NCBI RefSeq assembly: GCF_001194135.2
Contig: NC_068983.1
Span: 92,551,527-92,596,308, forward strand
From: Octopus bimaculoides
Lineage: Eukaryota
Direction: 5' to 3'
DNA: 44,782 nt
Shown piece after piece: positions 10,200 through 23,265 of the stretch; positions within the stretch are counted from its first letter, which is position 1, and each line of letters begins with the position of its first letter. A program made the translations under genes and the position numbers. The notes under the pieces were generated by a model. That model made no database searches. It was not told the DNA's origin and was given only the letters and a program-made list of their open reading frames with translations.

Positions 10200-11440
10200 A
10201 ATTGATTGTGCTGTGTCCATGATGGAAGCCATACTGTACTTCGGTTAGCTTGGGCTTGACAATTACTGTACATTTCTTTTCCAGGCACCTGGTGTAGATT
10301 TTATCAGGGAGGTCCACCAAGGAAATTTCTATATAATTAGCACACTCTCTTTTGTCTCTCTTTTTAAAAATTGGGATCATCTCCTTCTCTAATTAAGGCT
10401 TTTATCATCTCAAACCAAATTTTATCCTCTCTGGTGGCCTTGTTACATTTAAGCATTTTAATTACTTCTAAGACTTCAGTCTCTTTTGCAAGAGTTTGTG
10501 ATTAATGGGCATCTTCTGGTTGCTATGAACCTAAATAAATGCCCAAATGATTGTTTGTATTTGGGTAAATAGTGTTAAGTTGAAACCTTTCAATGAGAGT
10601 GTTAGACTTTGACAGGATATATTGTTACCTCACCTTTTCATAATTTTTATGAACTGGATTGATATGTCCATAAGGAAGTGAATTCACAATTGATGGGTGT
10701 AGGATTGGTTCACTATATTTGCAGATGATATGGTGCTATTTGGCACTGAATGGGTCCACCAGCCAAATGCTACAAGGCAGGGATGAGAATTAGTGTTGCA
10801 AAGAGTGAGATATTGGCCTTCTCAAGAAAGTTTTCCCAGTGTAGTGTGTATGTTAGTGAAACTTCACTAAGACAAGTGGAGATGTTTAAGCAATAGAAGG
10901 CAGGAGGCTGAATTGGATATTAAAATGTGTCACAGTAATGTGCCAGTTTAACATTTAATCCTCAGAAGTGGAAAGGTTGTCAAAAAAGCTGAACTCATCT
11001 TTAATTTGGTTTATGTGCCTATGGTCATGAATGTTGGGTAATGACTGGACGAATACAATTGTAAATACAAGTAGCTGAAATGGAGGTCTCCTGAAGGGTT
11101 TCTGGAGTAATATTATTAACAAGATGTACGGTTTAGATATCAGGAAGTTTCTCCAGGTTGAACCACTACTTCACTATATTGAGAGGTTACAGCTACAGTA
11201 GTATGGGCATGTCATTAGAATGCCATAGGATGGATTCTTCATGCTGATCCAACCAGCAAGAAATCTAAGGGCAGACCAAGAACAAGATAGTTGGATAATA
11301 TCCATTGTCTCAAATTGGTTATGCTTGGGAATCCTACCTGAAAGTCTAATGATGGTCGCTTCTTACAGGACTGTATGGAGGTGCCTCAGGACTCTACCTG
11401 CATGACCCACCCAGGAATAGTGGGTGGAGAAGAAGATGGA
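10200..11440 (+). mobile_element. RTE LINE RT fragment with inverted 5' segment (10200-10497 on minus strand)
   Basis: Minus piece: EVLEVIKMLKCNKA..., IPIFKKRDKRECANY...QYGFHHGHST. Plus piece from about 10498: LQEFVINGHLL...QGYIVTSP...FADDMVL...YGHVIRM...GRPRTR. Confidence 0.7.
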
Positions 11441-11481
11441 TGGATGCACATATATAATGTATGTGTGTACATATATATGTA

Positions 11482-12789
11482 TGAGGGGGAGTCAAAAATC
11501 ATATGCACTCTGGTTTTTTCAATGTATTTACAAAGCAGGGAATAAACAAGTACATAATTTTTCTATATAGTCTTCTTCCTTTGCGATGCATTCCATCCAG
11601 TAGTCCACAAGCTTGTGTACTCCCTCCAAGAAGAAAGTTTTTGGTTGGTCGTGCAACTATTTAAGCACCACTGCCTTCACATCTTCATCCGTAGGAAATC
11701 GATAATCTCATAAACCATCTTTGAGTGGTCCAAAGATATGAAAGTTGGAAGAGGCAAGATCTGGGCTGTAGACAGGGTGTTCCAGCACCTGCAAACTCAA
11801 TTGGTTAATGGTTTCAACAGTCTGGATGGCTGTGTGTAGGTGTGCATTGTTTTGCAACAACAAAACTTACTTTGGCAATAGGCTTCGGCATTTGATGCAA
11901 ATTGCTGGCTTCAGTTTGTCAGCCAGCAAAGCACTGTATCTTGCACTGTTGATCATACACCCTTTTCCAGGTAGTCTTCCAGTATAAGCCCTTCTGAGTC
12001 CCAAAAAGTGTTTGCATCACCTTTCCCATGGAAGACTGAGTCTTGAATTTCTTTGTTGCTGGCAAGCCAGGATGTTTTCACTCCATACTCTGTCTTTTGG
12101 ATTCTGCCTCATAATGATGGACCCACCTTTCATCTCCTGTGACTATTCTGCTCAAAAATTCTTCGTCCTCATTGTTGTAGTGATCGAGTAAATGTTGGCA
12201 GACCTCAAGATGTTTGCACTTGTGCTCTGCAGCAGGCTTTCTTGGCATCTATCTTGCACAGACTTTATGAAAGCCAGGCTCATCATATATGATTTGATAG
12301 GCAGAACCATTACTAATCTGCCGAGAACGAGCTACCTCATCGATGATAACTTGCCAATTCACCATTACCATCTCTTGAGCTTGCTGAATTTTCTCATCAG
12401 TGGTGGAGATTGACAGACGTCCTGCTCCTTCTTTGTGCATCACACTTGTCCAGTTACTTTTAAACTTCTCAGTCCACTCATACACACTTCTACATGGTAG
12501 TGCACTGTCCCCATATTGTGTTAAAAGCCTCTGATGAATTTCAGCACCTGACACACCTTCCAACCAGAGAAATCAGACCACTGCTCTTTGTTTTTCTTTG
12601 GTATACATTGCTAGTGGAGCAGCCATGCTTACACTATAAAGCCCAGAAAGAAAAATGGCACAATCTGGCTCAAACTTTGATCACATGACCACAATAGTAC
12701 CAACTATAAGCATGCATGCACAGAAGGCTGTGTGACAATAATAAAGATATGTTATGGTGGAAGAGCAAATAATTTTTGACTTCCCCTTG
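11482..12789 (-). mobile_element. Full-length but defective mariner (Tc1/mariner) element, ~1.3 kb
   Basis: TIRs tgagggggagtcaaaaat (after TA at 11480-81) and atttttgacttccccttg. HTH region (ORF 12249-12563), VTGDERWVHHYE, LQNNAHLH and YSPDLASSNFHIFGPLK; second and third catalytic Asp read as Asn. Confidence 0.9.
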
Positions 12790-13069
12790 TGTGTGTATTT
12801 AAGAATTGAGGAGATAATCATAATCCAGGTTATCACCTCGTCAGAACATCATGGCTAGCATAGTATTTCATTAACTGAATAAACATCAGTTAAACTCCAA
12901 TTGATTAGAAAGTAGTACATTTTGCATATCCAAAGTATAATCCAGTAAGCATAATATATGCTTCACAGAGTGTATAAAAATAATTATTTAAATGAAGAAA
13001 AAGAAAATTCAAACAGATGTTATGATCATTTCAGTAAACAAACATTTTTTTATTCAATGAAGTTGACAC

Positions 13070-13720
13070 ACACATCATCAAGGGAAGCTCAGCATTTGGG
13101 TGGCTATGTGAATCAGTATAGGAGAGGAAAGGCATTATGCTGGTTATCAAGTTGAAGGTGTACCAAGCAGTTGTACTACCTATGCTACTGTATGCCTGTG
13201 AGACTTGGACAGTTTATGAATGTCACACCAAAAAGCTAAACCACTTCCAAATGAACTGCCCGAGAAAGTTGTTGAAAATCACTTAGCAAGACAAGGTCCC
13301 AGGCACTGAGGAGGATGCAAGTCAAGTGGGCATTCCACCTTGTTTGAATGCCTGACACACAAATTCCCAAGAAACTGTTTTACAGTGAACTGGTAGAAGA
13401 CAAATATATGCAAGGTGGATAGAAAAAGTGTTCCAAGGACATACTTAAAGCCTCATTGAAGAGCATTGGGATCAACCACAACATCTAGAAAATGCAAGTA
13501 CAAGATTACCCTGCCTGACAAACCTGCACCAACAGAGGTGCCACCTCCTTTGAACAGAACAGGACTGCTGGGGCAAAATGAAATGCAAACTACATTAGTC
13601 AAGAGCCAACTTCCTGCCTTCACTCCCAACTGACCACCAGTGCCCTATCTGGTGCAGAGTCTTCCAAGCACACATGAGACTGGTTGGCCGTAGTCAGATA
13701 CATCTTCTCTCATGTTATGT
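13070..13720 (+). mobile_element. RTE (BovB-like) LINE 3' fragment
   Basis: YQAVVLPMLLYACETWTVYECHTKKLNHFQ...IPKKLFYSEL...LKASLKSIGI. Confidence 0.8.
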
Positions 13721-13749
13721 CCTTGGTCATCATTGATAATAAACTAATA

Positions 13750-14185
13750 ATAATCCTTTTTTACTATATGCACAAGGTCTGGATTTTAGTGGGGAGGGGG
13801 ACAATCGATTATATCAATCCCAGTATTTGACCAGTACTTAATTTATTTACCCCAAAAGGATGAAAAGCAAAGTCAACCTCAGTGGAATTTGAACTCAGAA
13901 CATAGTGACAGACAAAAGCCTGCTGAGCATTTCGTCTGGTGTACTAATGATTCTGCCAGCTAGCTGCCTTTAATGGTTTCAAGTTTTGCCACAAGGGCAG
14001 CAATTTTGGGGAAGGAGATGAGTCAATTACATCAACCCAGGTGTTCAACTGGTACTTATTTTATTGACCCCAAAAGGTTGAAGGGCAAAGTTGATCTCGA
14101 TGGAATTTTAACTCAGAATGTAGCAACAGGCAAAATACTGCTAAGTATTTCATCCAGCATGCTAACAATTTTGCCAGCTCACTGC

Positions 14186-14190
<5 letters not shown>
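13750..14190 (-). mobile_element. Two tandem tRNA-derived SINEs
   Basis: Minus-strand heads (gagctggcaaaattgttagc; gagttcaaattcc B-box) and shared core ctttgcctttcatcctt..gggg..ataaa.taagtaccag. Many related copies elsewhere in the window. Confidence 0.8.
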
Positions 14191-14225
<35 letters not shown>

Positions 14226-16529
14226 TAAACTTTCAAATTTAGCCTGAACACCCTGTATGTATATATAAGAACCTGCCTATAACTAATGTTCTTTTCATTT
14301 TTCTGATAATTATAGATGACATTTCCATGTGTATTTCAGTCTTATCTTGATCCCACCAAGGAAGCATAGTCTTCAACAGAGAGTTTCTATATGGTCACTT
14401 AACCTGCAAGAAGGAGCTACTATGTCTTCCTCAAATTGCACTCTAACATCTTAAAATGGGTAATGTAATCAGAGGTTGGTGTAAGAATATAGAATTGCTT
14501 TAAAGTGAAATAATTCAGACATGTCATCTGGATGAAAATTCAATAGGCAAGCTTTCACATTGTTTTTCATTTCAGTGGCATCACTGAATTCTTTCATGAC
14601 TAAGCAGTTTTGAGTCAGTAACTAATAATATTTTAACATTTGTTGTAACTTCAGACATCTATGACATTAAGACCTAGTCAGTGTATGACAGCCTTCACTT
14701 TCAAGCGTAGTGATAAAAGGAACATATAAAATAATAAATATCAACTACTGGAAAGACATAGTTGAAAGATATCGCTATATTAACAAATATAGCTATATTA
14801 AAAGACATAGTAAAAAGACACAGCTATATTACCTCTGTGTCATACTGTGATAATTTAATAACTTTTTGGTGAAAAATATGATTTTGAGTTCTTCCTTAGC
14901 CAGAAAGACAATTGACTTCCAAAAGAAAGAAATATACAGAAGCACATTTTTGTATCCATGGTTTTGTATCCTTGTGCATTTGCTGGTTAAACTTTATTTA
15001 GATGAAATTTCGAATGCATGATCCCATGTACCAGCAGATGTATTTAAAGGAATGAGGAAGAGAAATCTTGAACCAAAATGTTTAGAAGACTTTATTGTTA
15101 GCATCAAGATGAGAAAAATGAGTGAGGAAGAGAGTGGATTCCACGTAATTGTTAAAACTACTTTTTCCTCAGTGCAAAATTGGAACTTAGCATGTTGTCT
15201 GGACATTAGAGATGGGTTAGAAATAGAGGAGGAGATGTTTGTATTTCAGAAAGAAATAACATGTATGGTTTGTGTGAAAATTGCATGTGGGATCCAGGTT
15301 GAACTCAAGCCTCCAAACATTGACATGAATAAAGGAACAATGACCTGTCCTGAAAAGGCATAGCAAATTCTCAAATTTCACTTAACACAATAACTGTGAT
15401 AACTATCCTCCATAAATAGAATGAATTGCTAGAGTATTCCCAGTTCAGTGTGGAGCTGTCACTATAGCCACATAGTTGGTGAAGATAGAACAATTAAGTA
15501 TTAGAAAACAAAGAAGGGATGCTTCAAGCAGATGCAGTTCATGAGAAAGTGTTTAGTGTGACATCAGAGTTAGGGTAATAACAGACTCCTTATCCCTGTT
15601 TCTCCATTGTTTCAACCTGTGATGCTCAAACTGAACATGAATAGCATGGATCTCACTACCAGTCTTCAACCAATAAAAGAGCTTGTTCATGATCACTCAA
15701 CATTTCAGAAATAGCCAACTTGTCCTCAAATTACATCCGGCCATCTTAAGAAAATGGTGATATCTATGATTTAGCAATGGTATTTTAGATTTGCTGTATC
15801 CAAACTGTAACAACAGCAATCACACCAATCTGAAATGGATTGCAAAGGCTATGGGCACTGCCCTTCTTCCTAAAAACTAATTAAAAAGAGAGAAAGGATT
15901 ATTTTCTAAAGTTTCTTCATTTGTTCATGAGTCTTCTTTACCAGGGAACCAGCACTGCTGATTTTTCATCCCAACAAACAGAAGTCCTACACCTAACTAA
16001 TGATTCTAATGATTTTCTGTAAAAAAGGAAACAGACCAGAGTTTTCTTTGGATTTCTTTATTTCACAGTTTTGGAACCTAACATTTCAAAATTCTGAGTT
16101 ATTAGCAAATAGGTTGCTTGGTTTATTGAATGTAGTTGAATTTATATCAGTTTGAAGAGTGAGTGTTTTCTAAAATACTTAAGATTGGAACCGTTGTATA
16201 ACAAGATGCTCTGTTGTCATGGATAGGTATGAGTGGCTCATGGTGAATTTGAGAACATTTAAGGAAGGACTGACACTTGCTCTCAATAAACCTCTTCATA
16301 TATCTCCTATCTATCTTTATCATTTTCTATGTTTGTGTCTCTCATCTCTCTCTCTGTCTCTCTCTCTCTCTCTCACTCCACACACATGCACACTCCTGTC
16401 ATATATGTATTAAGTCACACATACACATTTACAGATTACTCTGTCAGTCTCTCTCTATCTCATCCTCATCTGTGTATACTAATGAAGCCATAGGACACAA
16501 CCATAATTTCACCATTTAGAGTACGAGTA

Positions 16530-17030
16530 CAATTACTGACTGTTCATTGCTGATTGTCATGCCTCCCTTTCTCACTATTTTCCTATCTTTCTTTACCACC
16601 ACCACCACCTCTCCATTTTGCAATCTAGTGACCCTCCAACATATCTACCTTTCTATCAGCCTCTCCATTCTACATAAATCATCACATGCCTTTTATTCAA
16701 TACCTTCTAAGACCATTGTTCTCACAAATTCATTTTAATCTTAAAAGAAAGGTGATTTAAGAAGGCAGTTAATATATATGTGTGTGTGTGTGTGTGTGTA
16801 TCAACTGCCTTCTTAAATCACCTTTCTTTTAAGATTAAAATGAATTTGTGAGAACAATGGTCTTAGAAGGTATTGAATAAAAGGCATGTGATGATTTATG
16901 TAGAATGGAGAGGCTGATAGAAAGGTAGATATGTTGGAGGGACACTAGATTGCAAAATGGAGAGGTGGAGGTGGGGTAAAAAAACGAAAATGAGGAAGAG
17001 AGGCATGTGACAAATAGTAATGAACAATCA
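16530..17030. repeat. ~240-bp-arm inverted repeat around a (TA/TG)n spacer
   Basis: 16632-16770 is the exact reverse complement of 16803-16941. The outer ~100 bp of the arms are alignable but diverged. Confidence 0.9.
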
Positions 17031-17079
17031 GTAATTATCTATATATATATATAATTATATATATATATATATATATAGA

Positions 17080-18350
17080 AAGTCAAATTTAAAGTTAAAG
17101 AATTAAGGTTTACAAAGTAGGCATTAAATGCATCTGGTGGTGTGTGTGCATGTACGTGTTTACATATGTCTATGAGTGTTGGTTATGGTTGCTAGAATCG
17201 TATTGTAAGTGTATATATGTATGTTTTTTCTTGGAATGTGTGTGGGTTTGTGCTCTAGTGTGGGGATATTGTGTTTGTGTGTGTGTGTGTTTGCATCAGA
17301 GGTTTGCATTGTATTTGTGTGTGCGTGATTTTGTACATCTGTGTGTGTTTTGGGTGTGTANNNNNNNNNNNNNNNNNNNNNNNNNNNNNNNNNNNNNNNN
17401 NNNNNNNNNNNNNNNNNNNNNNNNNNNNNNNNNNNNNNNNNNNNNNNNNNNNNNNNNNNNNNNNNNNNNNNNNNNNGGGGGGGGTATGTTAGAGTATGTT
17501 GAGTTGTGGTCTGTATTTTTTAATAAGATTATTTTCCCTATTAATTCGTGTTTGGTCAGTGGTATTGTCTGGGCATTGGTATAGTGGGAAAACTAAGAAT
17601 TTGGGGGACTTGTTTTGTGCACAGAGATCTAAATGCCCACTAAGTGGTATCTGTCTTGTGGTGGATTCCCTCAATTGTTGGCGGTGGACTGTCATCCTTT
17701 CTCTGAGGGTAAGGCTCATTTGCCCTATGTAATCTTTGTGGCACCCTTCACACCTTATGGCATAAAGTAAATTCTTTGATGCACAGGTGAAGTTACTTTT
17801 TATGACAAAAGTGTGTCCCAACTAGAATTTGTATATTGTTCCTTCAATGAGGTGGATGCAAGTCCTGCAGTTGGAACGACCACATTTTTTTTACGGTGGG
17901 TGGTCAGCTTGTGTTGGGTAATTTTGCATTGGTGAGTAGGCTTTTTAGGGATTTGGGTTGTCTTTTGCTTTTTATTATTTTATGGGTTGCGAGTACTTTT
18001 TTTAGACGTGGGTCTTGATTCAGCTGTGGGATGTTGTATATAATTGTGTAAGCTTCTGCATTTCTTGGATTTTGTGTTGAGAAATATGGGAGACTAGTTA
18101 ATGTACCGTGAGTGTGTTTTGGTTTTCGTAAGTCTTGGGTAGCAATTGTCTTGGCCCGTTCTCTTCCATTGTCAACTAATGATGCAGGGTAATGTCTTTC
18201 AAGAAGAATTGCCTTTAGTTCTTGAAGTCTTTTATTTTGTGTTCTATAATAACAATTGATCGATGTAGTTATTTTTCTAGATCATCAGGAATTAATATTT
18301 CACGGTCATTTTGAATCTGAAGAATCTAATAATCATGGAAATTATAAAGA
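17080..18350 (-). mobile_element. Second Neptune-type Penelope-like element, 3' part
   Basis: KKCGRSNCRTC motif, then FTCASKNLLYAIRCEGCHKDYIGQMSLTLRERMTVHRQ...RENNLIKKYRPQLN (ORF 17489-17821). Confidence 0.85.
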
Positions 18351-18469
18351 ACTCTTATATTTAATCAGTAAATATGATGAAAAACTGGCAAGCCATAGCT
18401 TCTAACTTCTCCAGTCTCTCACTCAAGCAGCCTGTTCTGATACTTACTGAACTCAGTATATTGAAAGAT

Positions 18470-18516
<47 letters not shown>

Positions 18517-18837
18517 AATATAAACACACACACACACACACATTGAAAGATGTGTGTGTGTTTATGTATAAATAATTTTCTTTTACATTCTTTCAAATTT
18601 TCTTTCATCATTTGGTGAGTGTAATTTACATTTCTTCATTTTTTCCTTGCATGTTGCGATATTTCCCATCTTTGCTACTCCCAACAAATGAAAAGAGATG
18701 CTAGGTTTTTGTTTAGTGTTTTTAGGGCTTTTTACAATGTTGAATTTTCATTGTCTTTCATTGTGTATGTTTATATATATGCGTGTATGTTCAATGTGCA
18801 CACGTCTGTGTGCAAGATATAGTCTCTTAATATACAG

Positions 18838-18868
18838 GATTCAGAAAGTATCAGAACAGGCTGCTCAA
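18838..18868 (+). CDS. scrib: Candidate 31-nt coding exon of scribble (xIQKVSEQAAQ)
   Basis: ctcttaatatacag|...caa|gtgagt. Strong donor, and phase 0 end matches the phase 0 start of the 23938 exon. No recognisable homology; the pyrimidine tract is modest. Confidence 0.35.
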
Positions 18869-19056
18869 GTGAGTGTCAATTATTTTCCAGAAATTGGCAG
18901 GATAAAGCAGTTGATTTGGCTTTGACAGTGTAATGGTCTAAAACCATGGTCATATTACGTAACTAAATGTGTCCTCTTAAATAATTTCAAAATGAATCAG
19001 CTCAACCAATAAGTATTTATTAAATGACCAACCTCAGAAGTCACAGCATGCCACTG

Positions 19057-19087
<31 letters not shown>

Positions 19088-19159
19088 NNNNNNNNNNCAA
19101 CAAAGTGAGGACGTGATATGGATAGTATTATTGGACGCTCAGGAAAGGAAAGAGAGAGT

Positions 19160-19194
19160 GTATGACGTTTCGGGCGTAGCCCTTCGTCGGAAAG
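19160..19194 (-). ncRNA. Degenerate minimal hammerhead
   Basis: cttt-CCGACGA-a-gggc-tac-gccc-GAAAC-GTC-atac. U4>C change and broken stem I. Confidence 0.55.
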
Positions 19195-20153
19195 ATGGAA
19201 AGTTCGGAGAATGGAAGAACGGAGAAAGAGGAAAATGGTACCGATGCCCATTATATATATACATACATACATACATACATACACACCCATCCACTGGCAC
19301 TATCATACTTACATTCTTCCACTCCTTGGCCATCTACTCCCTTCACATCTACACACACACACACACACTCACTGACACATTAGCACATACATTCTTCTAC
19401 ATATCAGCACTCCTTGTTTTGGTTGTCACCGTTCTCACTTCCTCTTCCACCTGTCACTTCAGCTTTGCTGCCCACTCTTTAGTCTGCCAACACCTCCTCC
19501 CTTACTCAGGTTACTTCTACTGCTTCCCTCCTTGTGTCTGCTCTTCTCTCAAAAATGACCATTTTTAGTCCTCACTTCCATTTGCTATTTTCCTTCTCTG
19601 TACCATGTGTGTAACAATGGTTTTTCACTTTCTTGATCTAAGATTTAGCATAAATTTTCCCTACTTGTTTTTGCTTATGCACTTCCTCCCACATAAATAA
19701 CACCCTCCCACTAACTTCTGCCATCACATGTTCTTCAAAAATACTTTTATTTCCACACACACACACACACTCTCACTGCCTCATATACATGCTTTCATAC
19801 TACCTAACAATTACACTTACACATCAACATTACTCTGCCTCCACTAACCAACACTACTATACTTTCATACTTGCACACATCTATACACACAAATACCACA
19901 CTATGACACACACACATACACTACTCATCATTGTTCTTGCACCCAGACATAGATACAATCAGATACATGCATTTACACAGCCATTACTCTTCCCTTCTTA
20001 ACTGCTCCCGATCCCCCTAAATAGTATTCTCCCCAGTTCCTTACCTTTTGCCTTCCTACTGCTTCCCTCCTTATGTATCCCATTTTCTTTCTTTTTTTCT
20101 CTCTTTTATTCATTTACTTTCTCACTTTATTCTTCTCTTTTTCTTTTTTTTTT

Positions 20154-20189
20154 CGTCTGATGAAGGACTAATGTCCAAAATATTAAGAC
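20154..20189 (+). ncRNA. Degenerate minimal hammerhead
   Basis: cgt-CTGATGA-a-ggac-taat-gtcc-AAAAT-ATT-aagac. GAAACGTT lost by CpG-type changes. Confidence 0.5.
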
Positions 20190-20316
20190 ACTATCTTTCT
20201 CCATTGATTTATTAAACTAATACCATGTTTGTTAAACTTTAGTCTTCATGTGTGGTTCTTTGTTGTGTTTATTGTCTTTAGATCACTATGCGTATACACA
20301 CACACATACTCAATGA

Positions 20317-20403
<87 letters not shown>

Positions 20404-21832
20404 TTACACATATACTGATTACCTTTAGTTGTAGCTTCATTTGTATAGTCTATACCCTGGCCATCCACGCATACACATAAAGACTGATTTTTATGATTAC
20501 TGAATAGAAAGAGAAAGTTATATGAGTTATCTGCAACTCAATCATCGGACTGTCTGAATTACTTTCTAATGACAGAACATCGGAAAGAATTTAGTGAGAA
20601 CTTGCAGAATAATGGAAGTACTCAATGACAAAAACAACCTCATTAGAACTTTTATCTCAGCCTCTCTCCCTTTCTCTTTACTCCCTCTATTCCATTTGGT
20701 TTTCTTTTTTGTTTTGTTTTCTTTGGCTTTAAGGGTTTGAATTGTATTTTTTTTCTTATGATTTGCATCCAAATTTTCCCATTTTATTCTCATGAAATCT
20801 CTCATTTTTTATCTCATTTTGTCTCTTTGGTTAGCTAATTGTTTACTTATCTATCTATCTGTTTATATACTTATTTATTTATCTGTCAGTCTACCTACTT
20901 AATCTATTCTTCCTCCAAACCTTTCATAATAATGAAAAGTTTACCAAATCAATGCATTTTTTTCACTTAATAAACCACATGTTTATTGTTTTATAACAAG
21001 AGAAGGATATAGTCAGTTAAATCAGTGCCAATATATTATGGGTACTTAGTTCTAGTTTAACAGCCTTTTTAAAATGTAAAGTGAATTCAGGTGGAATATA
21101 CCACTTGTACTAGGAACCATTGAACTAGCTCCTTATTGAAATTATTTATTTGACAAAAATATATCTAAAGATGTCTTTTGACCAGACATAACCAATTTTG
21201 GAAGAGGACCTATTTTCCCCCAGCCCCCACTATAACTTGCCAGGAAAATGTATCCCCCACCAGTGGTAGGAAAAAACAACTTTATTTTTGATATTTTATC
21301 ACTATTATTTAATACTAAAGAATCTACTGGTAACTCTTTTATTAAGTACCAAGTACAAAAAAAAAGTACATTATCAACTAAGAAATAAAAAGGAATCACT
21401 TTAATGAGAACATTGTACCTGGTGACTATAGCAGATTTCCTTGATTCAAGGAGACAATTTTTTTAATTCAGCTGTAAATCATCACATTTTGTAATTTCAA
21501 GTCTGCTTCTCTTAGCTCAAAGCAAATCATCATCAGCACTAAAGCCACACTCAACCAAATAAGACATAAGGAAATGAATCAAAAGTTCCTTTGCTGAAAT
21601 GGCAGTGTTAGGACATTTCCTTTCAACTTCATCACATAGCCTCATCTTGGTACCTTTCATTTTGAACAAAGTATTCATGTTACAATTCTGATAACTTTTC
21701 TTGGAACTGCACTGAAACTTCAGTGATATCTACTAGCAATGGTTGAGTTAACCAAGGAGAATTCATTTTCTTTAAATCACCAAATTTGTCATTGAAGTCT
21801 TCTATCAGCATTTTCAAATGATCAACAATTAC

Positions 21833-22466
21833 ATTGGACACTAAACTTTGCTTGCGAAGACCTGTTGAGGCAAGTGAAATCGAAATCGAACCAAATTTGA
21901 CGACTGGCACTCATGCCAACCTTTCCTTCATTGGACACTAAACTCTGCTTGTGGAAACCTGTTGAGGCAAGTAAAATCGAAACCGAACCAAATTCAATGA
22001 CTGGCACCTGTGCCAGTGGAGCGCTAACAGCACCATCCGAGCGTGATCATTGCCAGAGCAGCTGTCTGGCTTCCATGCCAGTGGTACGTAAAAAGCACTA
22101 TTTGAGCGTGATCGTTACCAGCGTCACCTTACTGGCACTTGTGCCGGTGGCACGTGAAAAAGCATTCGAGCGAGGTCATTACCAGTGCCGCTGGACTGGC
22201 TCCTATGCAGGTGGCACGTAAAAAACACCATTTGAGCGTGGCTGTTGCCAGTTCCACTTGACTGGCCCTCATACCGGTGGCACGTAAAAACACCCACTAC
22301 ACTCTCGGAGTGGTTAGCGTTAGGAAGGGCATCCAGCTCTAGAAACTCTGCCAGATCAGATTGGAGCCTGGTGCAGCCATCAGGTTTGCCAGTCCTCAGT
22401 CAAATCGTCCAACCCATGCTAGCATGGAAAGCGGACGTTAGACGTTGATGATGATGATGATGATGA
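21833..22466 (+). mobile_element. RTE-tailed SINE-like repeat with internal tandem subrepeats, inserted in the hAT
   Basis: Duplicated cattggacactaaact... unit, repeated tggcacgtaaaaagcac motifs and (GAT)n tail. The hAT reading frame resumes on both sides. Confidence 0.75.
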
Positions 22467-23156
22467 TGGTGGGTGGTATTTGTTATCTCACATTGAATCA
22501 ACCAGTAAAATTGACTGAAATTTCTTGTAGAAATATTCCTTAAGCATAATTCTAAAACTGTAGTGAATCCCAAAATTTTTATTTTTGGATCAACAAAAGT
22601 TCTATTTGCTCTTGGGAGTTTCTTGTTCAAGTTACTTAATTTCTCAAAGATATCTATCAAATAAATGACATATGCTTAGTCATCTGTTATTGACAAAACC
22701 TCACTGAGCTCATCAAATAATTCCATGAATCTCTTCAAGTAATTTCCTTTTAACAACTATCTTATTTCTGTATGAAGCAATAATTGAACATGCTCTGCAG
22801 TTTGAATCACATAGAACTGCTTAAAAAGACATTCAGATTTGGTTTTTGATTTGATGATGTCAATACAGTTGATCCTAGATTACCAAATCTTATTAAGAAC
22901 AGGGAAAATTTTCTTGGGAACTAAGTTTTCTTAGTAGATGATGCAATGTACAGTTAGCATGCTTGAATTTTCATCCTTCACTTTTAAGTATCCTGTTTCC
23001 TTACCCATCATATGCAGCACATGATAGAATGTTTTATTTTACTGTAGATGTCAACTGTGATAACAACCATTTCTAATGATTCACAGAACATCTCTTCCTG
23101 AAACTCCTCTTGATCAATATACCCCACATATGCCAATAACAGAGCATCACTATCCC

Positions 23157-23265
23157 CAAAATTAGATTCATCCACTTGTATACCAAAAATTAGATTCATC
23201 CATTTGTATACCAAAAATTAGATTCATCCATTTGTATACCAAAAATTATATTCATCCATTTGTAT
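23157..23265. repeat. 28-bp tandem repeat x ~4 inside hAT transposase
   Basis: Unit aaaaattagattcatccatttgtatacc, read directly. Confidence 0.95.

Larger units (their letters stand above)
19097..20270. mobile_element. Non-coding PLE-pLTR-like element(s) with hammerhead remnants at both ends in opposite orientation
   Basis: Low-complexity C/A-rich body like 5400-6310. Shares the downstream ttaaactaatac motif with the Neptune tail. Hammerhead remnants at 19160-19194 (-) and 20154-20189 (+). Confidence 0.55.

Noticed and set aside
15052-15363. 103-aa ORF as a gene
   Set aside because: No motif I recognise and no splice support; a short ORF of this size is expected by chance or from decayed TE sequence.
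15945-16018. Further upstream exon (GTSTADFSSQQTEVLHLTNDSNDF)
   Set aside because: The acceptor is plausible and the phase would fit 18838, but the donor ct|gtaaaa is weak and there is no homology support; it needs RNA-seq.
23157-23265. CRISPR-like array
   Set aside because: Contiguous 28-bp repeats without spacers, inside a eukaryotic transposase.
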